This document shows positions 39,000-49,318 of a DNA stretch of 64,000 nucleotides, piece after piece. The notes under the pieces are model-generated. The model saw only the letters and a program-made list of their open reading frames with translations. It searched no databases and was not told the origin of the DNA. The position numbers and the translations under genes were made by a program. Every line of letters starts with the position of its first letter. Within the stretch, counting starts at the first letter, position 1. Source of the stretch: Waddliaceae bacterium. GTDB lineage: Bacteria > Chlamydiota > Chlamydiia > Chlamydiales > SLOH01. Where the stretch lies: the NCBI GenBank assembly GCA_040880105.1, contig JBBDJA010000010.1:1-64000 (forward strand). The letters run 5' to 3'.

Positions 39000-41900
39000 C
39001 AGATAATCAGCAATATCGCCAAAATAGTGAAAGGCAAGGCTTTGATACATTATCGATACATATCGCCTCGAGTGATGTGATTAGAAATAAATGGTCAAAC
39101 GGTGAGATAAAAAAACCTGAAACAATTAACTACCGTACATTTAAACCTGAAAAGGGCGGTCTGTTTTGTGAAAAAATATTCGGCCCGACCCGCGATTGGG
39201 AATGTGCATGCGGTAAGTACAAAAAAATAAAGCACAAAGGCATTGTTTGCGATCGATGTGGTGTTGAGGTTACTCAGTCTGTAGTCAGACGTGAGCGCAT
39301 GGCGCATATCGAACTTGCTGTCCCTATTGTGCATATTTGGTTCTTCAAAACAATGCCGTCTCGCATTGGAAATATTTTGGGGATGCCATCTACTGACCTA
39401 GAGCGCATTATTTATTATGAAGAGCATGTGATTGTCGATCCGGGTAATACAGACCTTGAATCCAAGCAGCTCCTCAATGACGTTGAACTTCGCGAAGCAC
39501 AAGAAAAATGGGGTAGAGACGCATTTGTAGCCATGATGGGAGCAGAGGCAATATCTAAACTACTTGAACAAGAAGACCTGCACCAGCTACTTATCGAACT
39601 TAAAGAGAAGTTAAGACGTACGCGTTCACAGCAAGCGCGCATGAAAATCTCTAAACGGTTAAAGATCATTGAAGGCTTTGTATCCTCATCGAATAAACCG
39701 GAGTGGATGGTGATGTCTTCAGTTCCGGTGATTCCACCTGAATTACGACCTTTAGTCCCACTAGATGGCGGAAGATTTGCCACATCTGATTTAAATGATC
39801 TTTATCGACGTGTAATCAACAGAAACAACCGTCTGAAAGCGATTTTAAAGCTTAAAACCCCTGAAGTGATTGTCCGTAATGAAAAAAGAATGCTCCAGGA
39901 AGCTGTTGATGCACTTTTTGATAATGGACGTCATGGACATCCGGTGATGGGAGCGGGTAACCGACCTCTTAAATCTTTATCCGAGATGCTTAAAGGTAAG
40001 ACAGGGCGTTTCCGTCAAAACCTATTAGGAAAACGTGTCGACTACTCCGGACGTTCAGTTATTATTGTAGGACCTGAACTCAAATTTAATCAGTGCGGTC
40101 TTCCTAAACTGATGGCTCTTGAACTTTTTGAGCCGTTTATTGTGAAACGTCTCAAAGATTTAGGTCTCGTTTATACGATTCGCTCTGCTAGAAAAATGAT
40201 CCAAAGACAGGCCCCTGAGGTTTGGGATGTACTTGAAGAGATCATTCAAGGCCACCCTGTTCTTCTAAACCGTGCGCCGACACTACATAGACTTGGGATT
40301 CAAGCATTTGAACCTATTTTAATTGAAGGAAAAGCGATTCGAATTCACCCTCTTGTTTGCGCAGCATTCAACGCTGACTTTGATGGTGACCAAATGGCCG
40401 TCTACGTTCCGCTTTCTGTCGAGGCTCAATTAGAGGCAAAACTCTTGATGATGGCCCCGGATAATATCTTCCTACCCTCTTCCGGTAAGCCTGTTGCGGT
40501 CCCTTCGCAGGATATGACATTCGGCTTGTATTACTTAATGTGCGATCCGCTATATATCCCCGAAGATCACGGGAAAAAGACGCGCTTTTTCAGCAATGAA
40601 GATGAGGTTCGCGTCGCTCTAGAAGCAAGCGGGAGCTACACCTGGTTTGAAGAGAGTGAAAAGAAGGACCAAAAACCTGAAAAATTGGATTTCTTCCGAG
40701 GGTTAAGACTGCACGAAAAGATCAAGTTAAGAACGGAAAATGGAATTATTGAAACGACACCCGGACGTGTTCTTTTCAATACGATTGTTCCAAAAGAACT
40801 TGGATTTCAAAACTATAGCCTACCGAAGAAAAAGGTCGTAGAACTCATTATGAACTGCTACAAGACTGTCGGCTTAGAGAAAACTGTTCGTTTCCTTGAC
40901 GATCTCAAAATGCTTGGTTTTGCTGAGGCGACAAGATCCGCTCTTTCACTTGGTGTTAAAGATGTTTACATCCCACCTGAAAAAACCAAAGTAATCGAAA
41001 ATGCTCAGAAGAAAGTTGAGCTTGTTAAAGAGCAGTACAACGATGGTATTATCACAGACGGTGAGCGTAAATCGAAGACAATTGGAGTTTGGACGGAAGT
41101 TTCTGACACTTTGTCAGAGATTCTTTTCGATGAAATCTCGAAACCGACAAGCGAGGGCAAACTTAATCCTATCTGGATGATGATGGATTCAGGAGCTCGG
41201 GGAAATAAATCACAGATTCGTCAGCTTGGAGCGCTTCGTGGTTTGATGGCGAAACCATCCGGTGCTATTATCGAACTTCCGATTCTTTCAAACTTTAGAG
41301 AAGGTTTGAACGTGATGGAGTATTCAATTTCTTCACACGGTGCTCGTAAAGGTCTCTCCGATACAGCGTTGAAAACCGCAGACTCAGGTTACTTAACGAG
41401 ACGTCTAGTCGATGTCGCTCAAGACGTGATTGTCACAGAAGATGATTGCGGAACACTTAACGGAATTGAAGTCTCTGCAATTAAACAGGGACAAGAAGAA
41501 CTTCTTCCTATTAAGGAGAGAATCTTTGGACGCACGCTTTGTGAAAATGTTTACCTTCCAGGGGATCAGACAAAGCTCTTAGGAAAAGCAGGTGACATAT
41601 TGACTGTCAAACAGGCAGAGAAAATTGATGATGCAGGGATTGAATCAGTCAAGATTCGGTCTGCATTAACATGCGAAACAAAACGCGGCGTATGTAAGAA
41701 GTGCTACGGAATTAACCTCGCAAACGGACGGTATGTAAGCCAAGGTGAAGCTGTCGGTATTATTGCCGCTCAGTCAATCGGTGAACCTGGAACGCAGTTG
41801 ACAATGAGAACGTTCCACTTAGGGGGTATTGCCTCTACATCTGTGACACCTGAAATTATTGCTGAGCATGACGGAATCGTCGTTTATGAAGATTTGCGCA

Positions 41901-43195
41901 CAGTTAAAAATGAAGAAGGACAGTGGGTTGTTCTAAATAAAAATGGATCTTTACATGTTCTTCGTGATGAAGGTAGGACGCTTGAAGCATATAAAAAACT
42001 ACTCTCAACTAAATCTATCGAGCCTCTTCAGACATTTACTGTTGAGCTTGGAACAAAAATTTTCGTTGAGGACGGCTCAAGTATCCAAAAATCTAAAATG
42101 ATTGGTCAATGGGAACAGCATAATATCCCGATTATTTGCGACAAACCCGGTTACCTTAAGTATGAAGATCTTGTTGAAGGAATTTCTATTGAAAAAGAAA
42201 TTAGCAAACAAACAGGACAGACTGAGCTTATCGTAAAACAGCACCGCGGAGAGCTCCATCCACAGATTTTAATTTTTGCTGATAAAGAGTTCACAGAACT
42301 TGTGGGAACATATCCAATCCCATCCAGCGCGATTATCTCTGTGAAGGAGGGGCAGTTCGCCTCAGCTGGTACGTTGCTTGCGAGACTTCCTCGCGGCGCG
42401 CTTAAGACAAAAGATATTACGGGTGGTCTTCCACGTGTAGCTGAATTATTTGAAGCTCGCAAACCAAAAGATGCCGCTGAAATTGCTAAAATCGATGGTG
42501 AAGTAGACTTCAGAGGCGTCCAAAAGAATAAGCGTATTGTTGTGGTTCGTGACAATGCAACCGGAGTAGAAGAAGAGCACTTAATTCCATTAACAAAGCA
42601 CTTGATTGCTCAAAAAGGTGATTTTGTGATTAAGGGTCAGCAGCTTACAGATGGTGTTGTAATTCCGCATGAAATCTTAGATATTTGCGGCGTACGTGAG
42701 CTACAGAAGTATCTTGTTAACCAAGTGCAAGAGGTCTATCGCTTGCAGGGTGTTGATATTAACGATAAACACATTGAAATTATCGTTCGTCAAATGCTCA
42801 AAAAACTCAGAGTCACAGATCCGGGCGATACAAGCTTCCTCTTCGGTGAAGAAGTCGATAAGAGAGACTTTGAGCTAGAAAACCATAAAGTGGTTGATGA
42901 AGGTGGAAAAGCCGCACAAGCTGCACCTGTTTTACTTGGAATCACTAAGGCTTCATTAAGTACGGAGTCCTTTATTTCAGCTGCGTCATTCCAAGATACA
43001 ACACGTGTCTTGACTGATGCTGCATGTTCTGGAAAAGTTGACAAATTACGAGGTTTTAAAGAAAACGTCATTATGGGTCACATCATTCCAGGTGGTACCG
43101 GCTATGAGCAACACCGCGCAGTTGGTAAATTCGTAGATGAAGAGAAGATAGGGGAACTTGTCTTTGATTTTGATGACGAAGTCATTAACGTATAA
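38996..43195 (+). CDS. rpoC: RNA polymerase beta' subunit
   Basis: [11 protein letters not shown] catalytic motif, zinc finger CACGKY...CDRC. Confidence 0.99.
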   Translation: MTDNQQYRQNSERQGFDTLSIHIASSDVIRNKWSNGEIKKPETINYRTFKPEKGGLFCEKIFGPTRDWECACGKYKKIKHKGIVCDRCGVEVTQSVVRRERMAHIELAVPIVHIWFFKTMPSRIGNILGMPSTDLERIIYYEEHVIVDPGNTDLESKQLLNDVELREAQEKWGRDAFVAMMGAEAISKLLEQEDLHQLLIELKEKLRRTRSQQARMKISKRLKIIEGFVSSSNKPEWMVMSSVPVIPPELRPLVPLDGGRFATSDLNDLYRRVINRNNRLKAILKLKTPEVIVRNEKRMLQEAVDALFDNGRHGHPVMGAGNRPLKSLSEMLKGKTGRFRQNLLGKRVDYSGRSVIIVGPELKFNQCGLPKLMALELFEPFIVKRLKDLGLVYTIRSARKMIQRQAPEVWDVLEEIIQGHPVLLNRAPTLHRLGIQAFEPILIEGKAIRIHPLVCAAFNADFDGDQMAVYVPLSVEAQLEAKLLMMAPDNIFLPSSGKPVAVPSQDMTFGLYYLMCDPLYIPEDHGKKTRFFSNEDEVRVALEASGSYTWFEESEKKDQKPEKLDFFRGLRLHEKIKLRTENGIIETTPGRVLFNTIVPKELGFQNYSLPKKKVVELIMNCYKTVGLEKTVRFLDDLKMLGFAEATRSALSLGVKDVYIPPEKTKVIENAQKKVELVKEQYNDGIITDGERKSKTIGVWTEVSDTLSEILFDEISKPTSEGKLNPIWMMMDSGARGNKSQIRQLGALRGLMAKPSGAIIELPILSNFREGLNVMEYSISSHGARKGLSDTALKTADSGYLTRRLVDVAQDVIVTEDDCGTLNGIEVSAIKQGQEELLPIKERIFGRTLCENVYLPGDQTKLLGKAGDILTVKQAEKIDDAGIESVKIRSALTCETKRGVCKKCYGINLANGRYVSQGEAVGIIAAQSIGEPGTQLTMRTFHLGGIASTSVTPEIIAEHDGIVVYEDLRTVKNEEGQWVVLNKNGSLHVLRDEGRTLEAYKKLLSTKSIEPLQTFTVELGTKIFVEDGSSIQKSKMIGQWEQHNIPIICDKPGYLKYEDLVEGISIEKEISKQTGQTELIVKQHRGELHPQILIFADKEFTELVGTYPIPSSAIISVKEGQFASAGTLLARLPRGALKTKDITGGLPRVAELFEARKPKDAAEIAKIDGEVDFRGVQKNKRIVVVRDNATGVEEEHLIPLTKHLIAQKGDFVIKGQQLTDGVVIPHEILDICGVRELQKYLVNQVQEVYRLQGVDINDKHIEIIVRQMLKKLRVTDPGDTSFLFGEEVDKRDFELENHKVVDEGGKAAQAAPVLLGITKASLSTESFISAASFQDTTRVLTDAACSGKVDKLRGFKENVIMGHIIPGGTGYEQHRAVGKFVDEEKIGELVFDFDDEVINV

Positions 43196-43211
43196 AGCTT
43201 TCGATTCTCTT

Positions 43212-43243
43212 GTTGCCTCCGGATGATCTGGAGGCAACTTTTT
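43212..43243 (+). terminator. Rho-independent terminator of rpoBC
   Basis: GTTGCCTCCGGA-tga-TCTGGAGGCAAC-TTTTT. Confidence 0.85.
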
Positions 43244-43357
43244 CAAATACTCAAGATCAGTCCAGATATAGACTAAAGATTGTAAATAAATTTCTAAATA
43301 ATCTGATCGTCAAGATTTTCCGCTCTCATCTTAAAATTAGAACGTTCACGGTTGTTT

Positions 43358-43521
43358 AAGGAAGGTCTGATTAACTCAGGTTAATTTAATTTTGCATGAT
43401 TTTTTTCTAAAATTCGAAAAAAAAATCGAGCTTAACTGTTGGTAGTTAGGTGAGTGTATTTTATCGAATTCCCTCGAAAAAGGCACTGAATTTAATAAGT
43501 TCAGTTAATCAGATTTTCTTT
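43358..43521 (+). repeat. Dispersed palindromic (MITE-like) element, copy 2
   Basis: Homologous to the reverse complement of 6980-7142 (shared TAACTCAGGTTAATTTAATTTTGCATGA, TTTTATCGAATTCCCTCGAAAAAGGC); 19-bp terminal stem with G-U pairs. Confidence 0.85.
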
Positions 43522-43527
43522 ATGCTT

Positions 43528-43788
43528 TAGGAACCTATGAATGACTCGGTTTCTATTAAACAAGAACTTCAGCACAAATCCCAAACAACAATCTATCTTA
43601 ACGTTTTGATAGTTAAGTGTGTACGTATATATCGAATACCCTAGAAAAAGGCGAAAAGTGCATCAACATCGCCTTTTTAGAGTTTCTTTTAGGTGGATAA
43701 CTTCGATTTTTCACTCATATGATAAAATACATAGAAATTCTCAAAAGGCGATATGTATTTATATGAGTTGTTCACTATTGACTTCCTA
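43528..43788 (+). repeat. Dispersed palindromic element, copy 3 (diverged, internally expanded)
   Basis: Starts TAGGAACCTATGAATGACTCGG; contains CTTAAC..AGTTAAG and ATCGAATACCCTAGAAAAAGGCG; TGAATGACTCG pairs with TGAGTTGTTCA (43764-43774). Confidence 0.65.
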
Positions 43789-43894
43789 TACCCCTAGAGA
43801 CTAAAAAAAAACTGATTTCTTGTGAATTCGGTTGAACAATAAATCTTTTAACGCTATATCTATTGACTTATGAAAGTACATATCTAAGGTCTAT

Positions 43895-44128
43895 ATGAAA
43901 AAGTTTTTTTGCCTCGCACTCTTGACCACTTCTATGAATATGAATGCACATGATATGAACTATCAGGATGCAGGAATTGCCTATACCCAATCAAGAGAAT
44001 CTACAAATAGATTTACAGCGATTTCATTTGCTACTTTTTCTGTTGCATTGTTAACGGGTTTAATTATAAATGCAAATGGCGGATCGAAAAGTACGAAACT
44101 GGGTGGAAGTTCAAGTCATAACGGATAA
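43895..44128 (+). CDS. Small exported membrane-anchored protein, paralog 1
   Basis: Signal peptide MKKFFCLALL..., QDAGIAYTQS, C-terminal TM, Gly/Ser tail ending SHNG. Confidence 0.72.
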   Translation: MKKFFCLALLTTSMNMNAHDMNYQDAGIAYTQSRESTNRFTAISFATFSVALLTGLIINANGGSKSTKLGGSSSHNG

Positions 44129-44149
44129 TTTAAGTTACGGAGAATGTAA

Positions 44150-44389
44150 ATGAATAAATTTAAGAAAATCATCACTGGTCTTGCTTTGACTACAATGGCA
44201 AGTTCATCAGTTGGAACTTTATCAGCAGATCCTTGCTGTTATAACAACACCGGCTACGGATATCAAGACTGCTGCCGCGCACCTTGTATATCACCATACG
44301 TGGCTCTTGGAGTTGTCACTGTAGCTGCAGTTATCGCTGTGCTTGTAAATAACAAAAAATCTGATAACGGTCACTTATCTCACGATTAA
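44150..44389 (+). CDS. Small Cys-rich exported membrane-anchored protein, paralog 2
   Basis: RBS GGAG; signal peptide ending TLSA; PCCYNNTGYGYQDCCRAPC; TM; tail GHLSHD. Confidence 0.82.
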   Translation: MNKFKKIITGLALTTMASSSVGTLSADPCCYNNTGYGYQDCCRAPCISPYVALGVVTVAAVIAVLVNNKKSDNGHLSHD

Positions 44390-44399
44390 AATTCCTTGA

Positions 44400-44421
44400 A
44401 TGGAGACCCAAGGGTCTCCAT
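44400..44421 (+). other. Perfect 10-bp GC-rich intercistronic hairpin
   Basis: ATGGAGACCC-aa-GGGTCTCCAT between paralogs 2 and 3; no U tail. Confidence 0.7.
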
Positions 44422-44443
44422 CCAACTATTACAAAAGAAAAAT

Positions 44444-44728
44444 ATGTGTAAATCTTATATCCTATCTGTATTGACTATTATAACAACTCTCTCCTCATTT
44501 CAGCTGAATGCAGGAGCCTGCACCTCCTGTGTAGACTCTGTTGGACTTGATGGATGGTGTGATCGCCAAGAGTACTGTACTGATATTGGCGGATGTGGCT
44601 ATCGAGATAGCTACGCCTCTTGTTGCATTACACCGGCTGTTGCCTTTGGCGCAGTTGCTTTGGGTGTGATCATCGCAGTCGCATTTCATAATAATAAGGG
44701 CGCGCACGATCATGTGCACTGTGACTAG
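44444..44728 (+). CDS. Small Cys-rich exported membrane-anchored protein, paralog 3
   Basis: ATG 44444; signal peptide ending QLNA; DIGGCGYRDSYASCC; TM; tail HDHVHCD. Confidence 0.8.
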   Translation: MCKSYILSVLTIITTLSSFQLNAGACTSCVDSVGLDGWCDRQEYCTDIGGCGYRDSYASCCITPAVAFGAVALGVIIAVAFHNNKGAHDHVHCD

Positions 44729-44861
44729 CTTTCGTTTAGCTAACTAGAAACGTCAAATTTATCAATCTGCTATTTACTTTGATCTACGATATTTGCGATT
44801 TTGAAACACCACTTGGATTAGATGTCTCTTTTTGGAGATAATGTTAGAAGATTTTTCTTGA

Positions 44862-46529
44862 TTACTCATATGTTTCAATGTTGTCAATTGTCTCAAGGTA
44901 TTGATTCACAAAGAGAAACTGGTTGCGAATCCATTTTCCCTCACTATCAAAATCATTAAGAAAATGAAAAAACTCAGAAAACTGATAGCGGTATTCAAGA
45001 AGCTCGCGCTGAATAATCTGGGAGCCCTTCTTTTCTTCTTTTACGTCATTTAAGAATGCACTTAATTTGTTTTCTACATCTTGTATCAATAAATTGAGCT
45101 CATTTGCATGTCGATATGCCTTTCTAGAAGTCACCCATTTTTGGCACTTGGAAATTGCGTTAGTAAAACATTCTTTCCGCCTTTGATGCTCTTCGTCTTT
45201 CGGTATAGAATCGATTCCGCAGTGGAGTTTGTATAATTGGTGAAAAAGTGGGAATTCAAATAGAACCTGGTGTCGCCAATCTATACTAATGGCTTTGGAT
45301 AATGCAGATCCAACAACTTGAACAACCTTAGGGTCTTTGGAGCCAAGTTCATCTAGTCCTTCAAGTTGTTCCAATAGTTTTTCTGCTCGGGAGCGTAAAA
45401 GATGGCGGGGAGTTAGTGGTTGTCCCATTTCATGTAGAGTCGCATCAATTTCATCTGCAGGGTTTTGTAGGGGAGTCTCTACTCTATTTTGAGTGGAAGC
45501 TTGAAGGTCCTCATATAGTTCATCTAATTGCTCAACTTCAAAAACAAGATTTAAAAGTTTACGAGTCTGCGTAGGCTCAGGTCCCACAACCCATTCAGAA
45601 AATCCAAAGCGGGTGCGCACATATGGGTTGGGGTGGGTACGTAAAAAGAAATTACGATAGGTAGCTATGGTAGCTTTAAGCGAGCGTACCTCTCTTCGAA
45701 ATGCGTTGAATTGATCTTTAGTGGGAATTTTTAATTGATCAGACTTAATTGTCCGGCTTAAGGCGAAAAGTTGCTCGGTCGCCTGATCGAAGTATGTTTT
45801 GAAGTGAGTTGTCATTTGTTCAATACTAATGCGACTACGTAAAAGGCGCGCAATGTCCTTGGGAGGTATCGCATGTGTCTTTTCATCTAACTGCCACATT
45901 TTTAATAGTCTGTGAAGTTCTTTGTAATCTTGTTTCGTCTTACTATCTAATGATGAAAATATTTTAAAATGTTCAAATTTCTTTAATGAGTGCTCGACTT
46001 TCTGTTGCAAAACTTGAAAGTTTTCGTAGCGTGTATGAAAACTGTTCTTTTGACTTTTTAGCTGATAGACACTTTTCTTAAGATATGAGTTAAGGGATCG
46101 ATCTAAAATGGAAACAAATGGGTAATATAATCTTTTAAAAAACGTCTGAATCTTTCCTTTTTTCTTTTCGTTCTTTAGGCGAATTTTCCATAGCGAGTTC
46201 TCAAGTTTGTCTATGGTGAAAAGGGCGCCTTTCATCTTCTCCATTAGGACTGTTGAGATATCATTAACAATTTTACAGAGGCCTTCAGTCCATTGATCAA
46301 AGTTGATTTGTTTCACATGTCTATACAATTCAACAGAAAACCCATCAAGTAGCTCAACATATTCCCAAAGAAGGTTGTTAATTCGGCTTGCTTCATGTTC
46401 CCATTGTTCAGTGTCAGCGACTCTTAGCAAAAGCAGTTCGGACTCCTTTTCTTGTAAATACGCTTTAAGTTTTTCCGCAACTTCTAGATCTAAAGATGCG
46501 ACACCGTGAAATTCAATCGGATCAGACAT
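44862..46529 (-). CDS. Hypothetical alpha-helical protein (555 aa)
   Basis: Long ORF with RBS AAGGGAG; conserved-looking block THPNPYVRTRFGFSEWVVGPEP; no recognised domain. Confidence 0.8.
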   Translation of the reverse strand: MSDPIEFHGVASLDLEVAEKLKAYLQEKESELLLLRVADTEQWEHEASRINNLLWEYVELLDGFSVELYRHVKQINFDQWTEGLCKIVNDISTVLMEKMKGALFTIDKLENSLWKIRLKNEKKKGKIQTFFKRLYYPFVSILDRSLNSYLKKSVYQLKSQKNSFHTRYENFQVLQQKVEHSLKKFEHFKIFSSLDSKTKQDYKELHRLLKMWQLDEKTHAIPPKDIARLLRSRISIEQMTTHFKTYFDQATEQLFALSRTIKSDQLKIPTKDQFNAFRREVRSLKATIATYRNFFLRTHPNPYVRTRFGFSEWVVGPEPTQTRKLLNLVFEVEQLDELYEDLQASTQNRVETPLQNPADEIDATLHEMGQPLTPRHLLRSRAEKLLEQLEGLDELGSKDPKVVQVVGSALSKAISIDWRHQVLFEFPLFHQLYKLHCGIDSIPKDEEHQRRKECFTNAISKCQKWVTSRKAYRHANELNLLIQDVENKLSAFLNDVKEEKKGSQIIQRELLEYRYQFSEFFHFLNDFDSEGKWIRNQFLFVNQYLETIDNIETYE

Positions 46530-46639
46530 TAAAAGTGACTCCCTTAGTAATATTCATATTAGAGCACATACAATATTTTTCACTAGCAATTTACGCATCT
46601 TTATCAGTAAGATGTGTCGTATATGCAACAGGAGAAAGT

Positions 46640-46996
46640 ATGCAAAAAGGGTCAAATCTAGAGTTTAAATGTCTTGAATGTGAAAAAGCTGTCTTTTTTT
46701 CCCTTGTGAATGTATCTAGAGACACCTCAGTTGAATGTTTTGATTGCGGAAAAAAATACTTGTTTAATGACGAAACTTTGATCCGTCAACTTCAAAAATT
46801 TCAATCACTTTGCGAAAAGATCCACGAGTGCGAAGAGATTCTTGGCAATACTTCTGTTGGAATTGATGTCGGAAAGGAGCAAGTTAAGGTTCCCTATAAA
46901 CTTTTACTAACAAGACTGAGTTCCTGTCTTGAACTTAAAATTGGAGATAAACCCCTTACGATATTCTTTCGTTTCGAACCATTGGAGATTAGATGA
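46640..46996 (+). CDS. Chlamydial zinc-ribbon/ferredoxin-like protein
   Basis: CLEC...CFDCG; ATG 46640 after AGGAG; coupled to tal as in other chlamydiae. Confidence 0.75.
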   Translation: MQKGSNLEFKCLECEKAVFFSLVNVSRDTSVECFDCGKKYLFNDETLIRQLQKFQSLCEKIHECEEILGNTSVGIDVGKEQVKVPYKLLLTRLSSCLELKIGDKPLTIFFRFEPLEIR

Positions 46997-47955
46997 ATCA
47001 GTTAGAACAATTAAAGCAGATGACAACAATTGTAGCAGACACAGGAGAGGTCGAAGAAATCAGAAAATATATTCCTCAAGATGCTACGACAAATCCAACA
47101 CTTATTATGAAGGCATCAGGTCAGCCGGAATACGATTATCTTATTGAAGACGCTGTCAAATATGCCAAAACAAAGGGGAGTGCTGAAGTCGCGCAAGAAA
47201 TGTTTTTGCTTCCTAAGCTTTTTGTTAATTTTGGAGCAGAAATACTAAAGATTATTCCTGGCAGAGTGTCAACAGAGGTCGATGCGCACCTCTCTTTCAG
47301 TGTACAAGGAAGTATAGACCAAGCAAGGTTTATCATTTCACTATATGAAGAAATGGGTATTCCAAGAGATCGAGTATTAATCAAGCTTGCATCTACTTGG
47401 GAAGGGATAATGGCCGCGCGAGCACTTGAAAAGGAGGGGATTCATTGCAATATGACTTTGTTATTTTCTCTTGTTCAGGCTGTCGCATGCGCTGATGCCA
47501 AAGCCACTTTGATTTCTCCATTTGTCGGACGTATTCTTGATTGGTATAAAAAGTCAGAAGGCGTTGAGGGATATGCCCCGGAAGAGGACCCTGGGGTGCG
47601 TTCAGTAGCTACCATTTATCATTACCTGAAGCACCACAATCATCCTATTTTGATTATGGGAGCGAGTTTTAGAAATAAAGAGGAGATTATCCAGCTTGCT
47701 GGCTGCGATTTACTGACAATTTCTCCTCAGCTTTTAGCGGAACTTGAAAAAAGTAAAGACCCCGTTGTACGTAAATTGGATCCCGAAAAAGCAAAGCTTA
47801 CCCCGATTGAGCAAATTCCTATTGATGAAGAATCTTTTCGCTACCGTCTTAATGATGATGCAATGGCAACAGAAAAACTAGGCGAAGGAATTCGTGGATT
47901 TGCAAGAGATTATACTAAGCTTAAACAAACGATCGTAAAGAAATATTTTAGCTAA
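46993..47955 (+). CDS. tal: Transaldolase
   Basis: VADTG, DATTNPTLI, GRVSTEVDA, LIKLASTWEG, ISPFVGRI. Confidence 0.97.
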   Translation: MNQLEQLKQMTTIVADTGEVEEIRKYIPQDATTNPTLIMKASGQPEYDYLIEDAVKYAKTKGSAEVAQEMFLLPKLFVNFGAEILKIIPGRVSTEVDAHLSFSVQGSIDQARFIISLYEEMGIPRDRVLIKLASTWEGIMAARALEKEGIHCNMTLLFSLVQAVACADAKATLISPFVGRILDWYKKSEGVEGYAPEEDPGVRSVATIYHYLKHHNHPILIMGASFRNKEEIIQLAGCDLLTISPQLLAELEKSKDPVVRKLDPEKAKLTPIEQIPIDEESFRYRLNDDAMATEKLGEGIRGFARDYTKLKQTIVKKYFS

Positions 47956-47960
47956 AATCA

Positions 47961-48001
47961 AAGGAAGCCTCTGAAAGAATAGATTCTTCAGAGGCTCTTT
48001 T
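47961..48001. terminator. Bidirectional terminator hairpin
   Basis: AGCCTCTGAA-AGAAT/ATTCT-TCAGAGGCT between convergent tal and the 48000-48503 gene. Confidence 0.75.
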
Positions 48002-48503
48002 ACTTATTGATCTCCAAAGAGCGAATCGCAGCAAAGAACTCTTGGTAGAATTTTGGAAATTCGTCTTTTAAGGCAGCTGCGGAAAGAATATGCATGGTCC
48101 CATTTTTAATGAACATGGCATGCATCATTTTCACTTGCCCCCACTGCGTCATTTGAATGGCTTCTGAGAGCTCAGCCTTTCCAGCTTTAGTCTGCACTTG
48201 ACCAAGCCTCTTCCATTCCGAACGATTTTCTTGATTGATTTTTTTGACAATTCCCAAGTAGTCCTCCATGCTTCCACTGAATGATTCAGTTGCAAGATTT
48301 ATCGAGGGGGGAAACGGGCTTCCGTTTCCTATCACCATAAATTCAACACTTGGAGGAAGGTCTTTTTTATCTGCTAAGTGCCATCCTTTTGGGGGAGTAA
48401 ATGAGATAGACTCTTGCGTATTTGTGTCTGACTGAGAGCCGTATGTGGAGGGTATCTGCAAGAGAATAAGTAAAACGCTTAGGATAAAAAGTTCTCTTTT
48501 CAT
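48000..48503 (-). CDS. Exported PsbP/DcrB-like chlamydial protein
   Basis: Signal peptide; ISFTPPKGW, PPSINLATE; divergent from the V-ATPase operon. Confidence 0.75.
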   Translation of the reverse strand: MKRELFILSVLLILLQIPSTYGSQSDTNTQESISFTPPKGWHLADKKDLPPSVEFMVIGNGSPFPPSINLATESFSGSMEDYLGIVKKINQENRSEWKRLGQVQTKAGKAELSEAIQMTQWGQVKMMHAMFIKNGTMHILSAAALKDEFPKFYQEFFAAIRSLEINK

Positions 48504-48697
48504 GGGATTCCTTAATGATTAATGTGCCTTTGTATATCATACAGCTCTCTTTTGTTGCTAATATCTTTGCACTGTGGTAGATACATTAGTTGTACATGTG
48601 GTCGAAGTTTTTCTTGGTTGAAATTTCTATTCGAGGACAATATGATAGCAGCAAAGTACGTGATGATAGTTTGACCCTCTATAAAAGGACAATAAAG

Positions 48698-49318
48698 ATG
48701 AAAACTTTAGAGAAAAGTGAGAATAAGGTTCAGCAAATTTGCGAGCAGATCAGAAATGAGACAATTGAGCCTGCCGAAAGAGAGGCTAAAGCAATTGTTC
48801 AAAGTGCGCAAGAGGAAGCCAAAGCGATTGTTTCCCAGGCAGAGCAACACGTTGAAAAGATGTTTGTTGAGGCTAAAAGGAAAATCGAACAAGAACGCAA
48901 TGTCTTTACCTCATCTCTACAGCAAGGGGCAAAACAAGTTCTTGATAGACTTAGACAGTCGATTGAAACGAAACTTTTTAATCCTGAGTTGAATCGATTA
49001 GTGTCAGAGCCGATGAATGATCCTAAACTGATTTCAAAGGTGATACTTGCGATCACTGACTCGATTAAGCAAGAGGGAATCTCTTCGGATTTTTCTGTCG
49101 TTGTTTCAAATGCAATTAACAAAGAAGAGCTTGCCGAGCTGATTGGCAAAAGCGCGCTTGACCGATTGAGGGATAAACAGTTGACCGTTGATGCCATTGG
49201 TGGCGGGGTTAAAGTTAAGCTTCATGACAAGAAAGTAACTCTTGATTTCTCTGAAGAAGCACTAAAGGAGCTTTTAAGCCGTTATATAAGAAAAGACTTT
49301 AGAGAACTGATTTTTTAA
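48698..49318 (+). CDS. atpE: V/A-type ATP synthase subunit E
   Basis: KVQQICEQIRNETIEPAEREA coiled coil; first gene of the operon; start ATG 48698. Confidence 0.9.
   Translation: MKTLEKSENKVQQICEQIRNETIEPAEREAKAIVQSAQEEAKAIVSQAEQHVEKMFVEAKRKIEQERNVFTSSLQQGAKQVLDRLRQSIETKLFNPELNRLVSEPMNDPKLISKVILAITDSIKQEGISSDFSVVVSNAINKEELAELIGKSALDRLRDKQLTVDAIGGGVKVKLHDKKVTLDFSEEALKELLSRYIRKDFRELIF

Noticed and set aside
35208..43195. RpoB-RpoC fusion or inteins
   Set aside because: Separate ORFs with an ATGA overlap and normal lengths; no intein motifs seen
43619..43804. 61-aa ORF
   Set aside because: Lies inside palindromic element copy 3; no RBS or protein-like features
43895..44728. Inovirus prophage or RiPP/bacteriocin cluster
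   Set aside because: No Zot-like ATPase, replication protein, modifying enzyme or dedicated exporter nearby; only the small-protein architecture is similar
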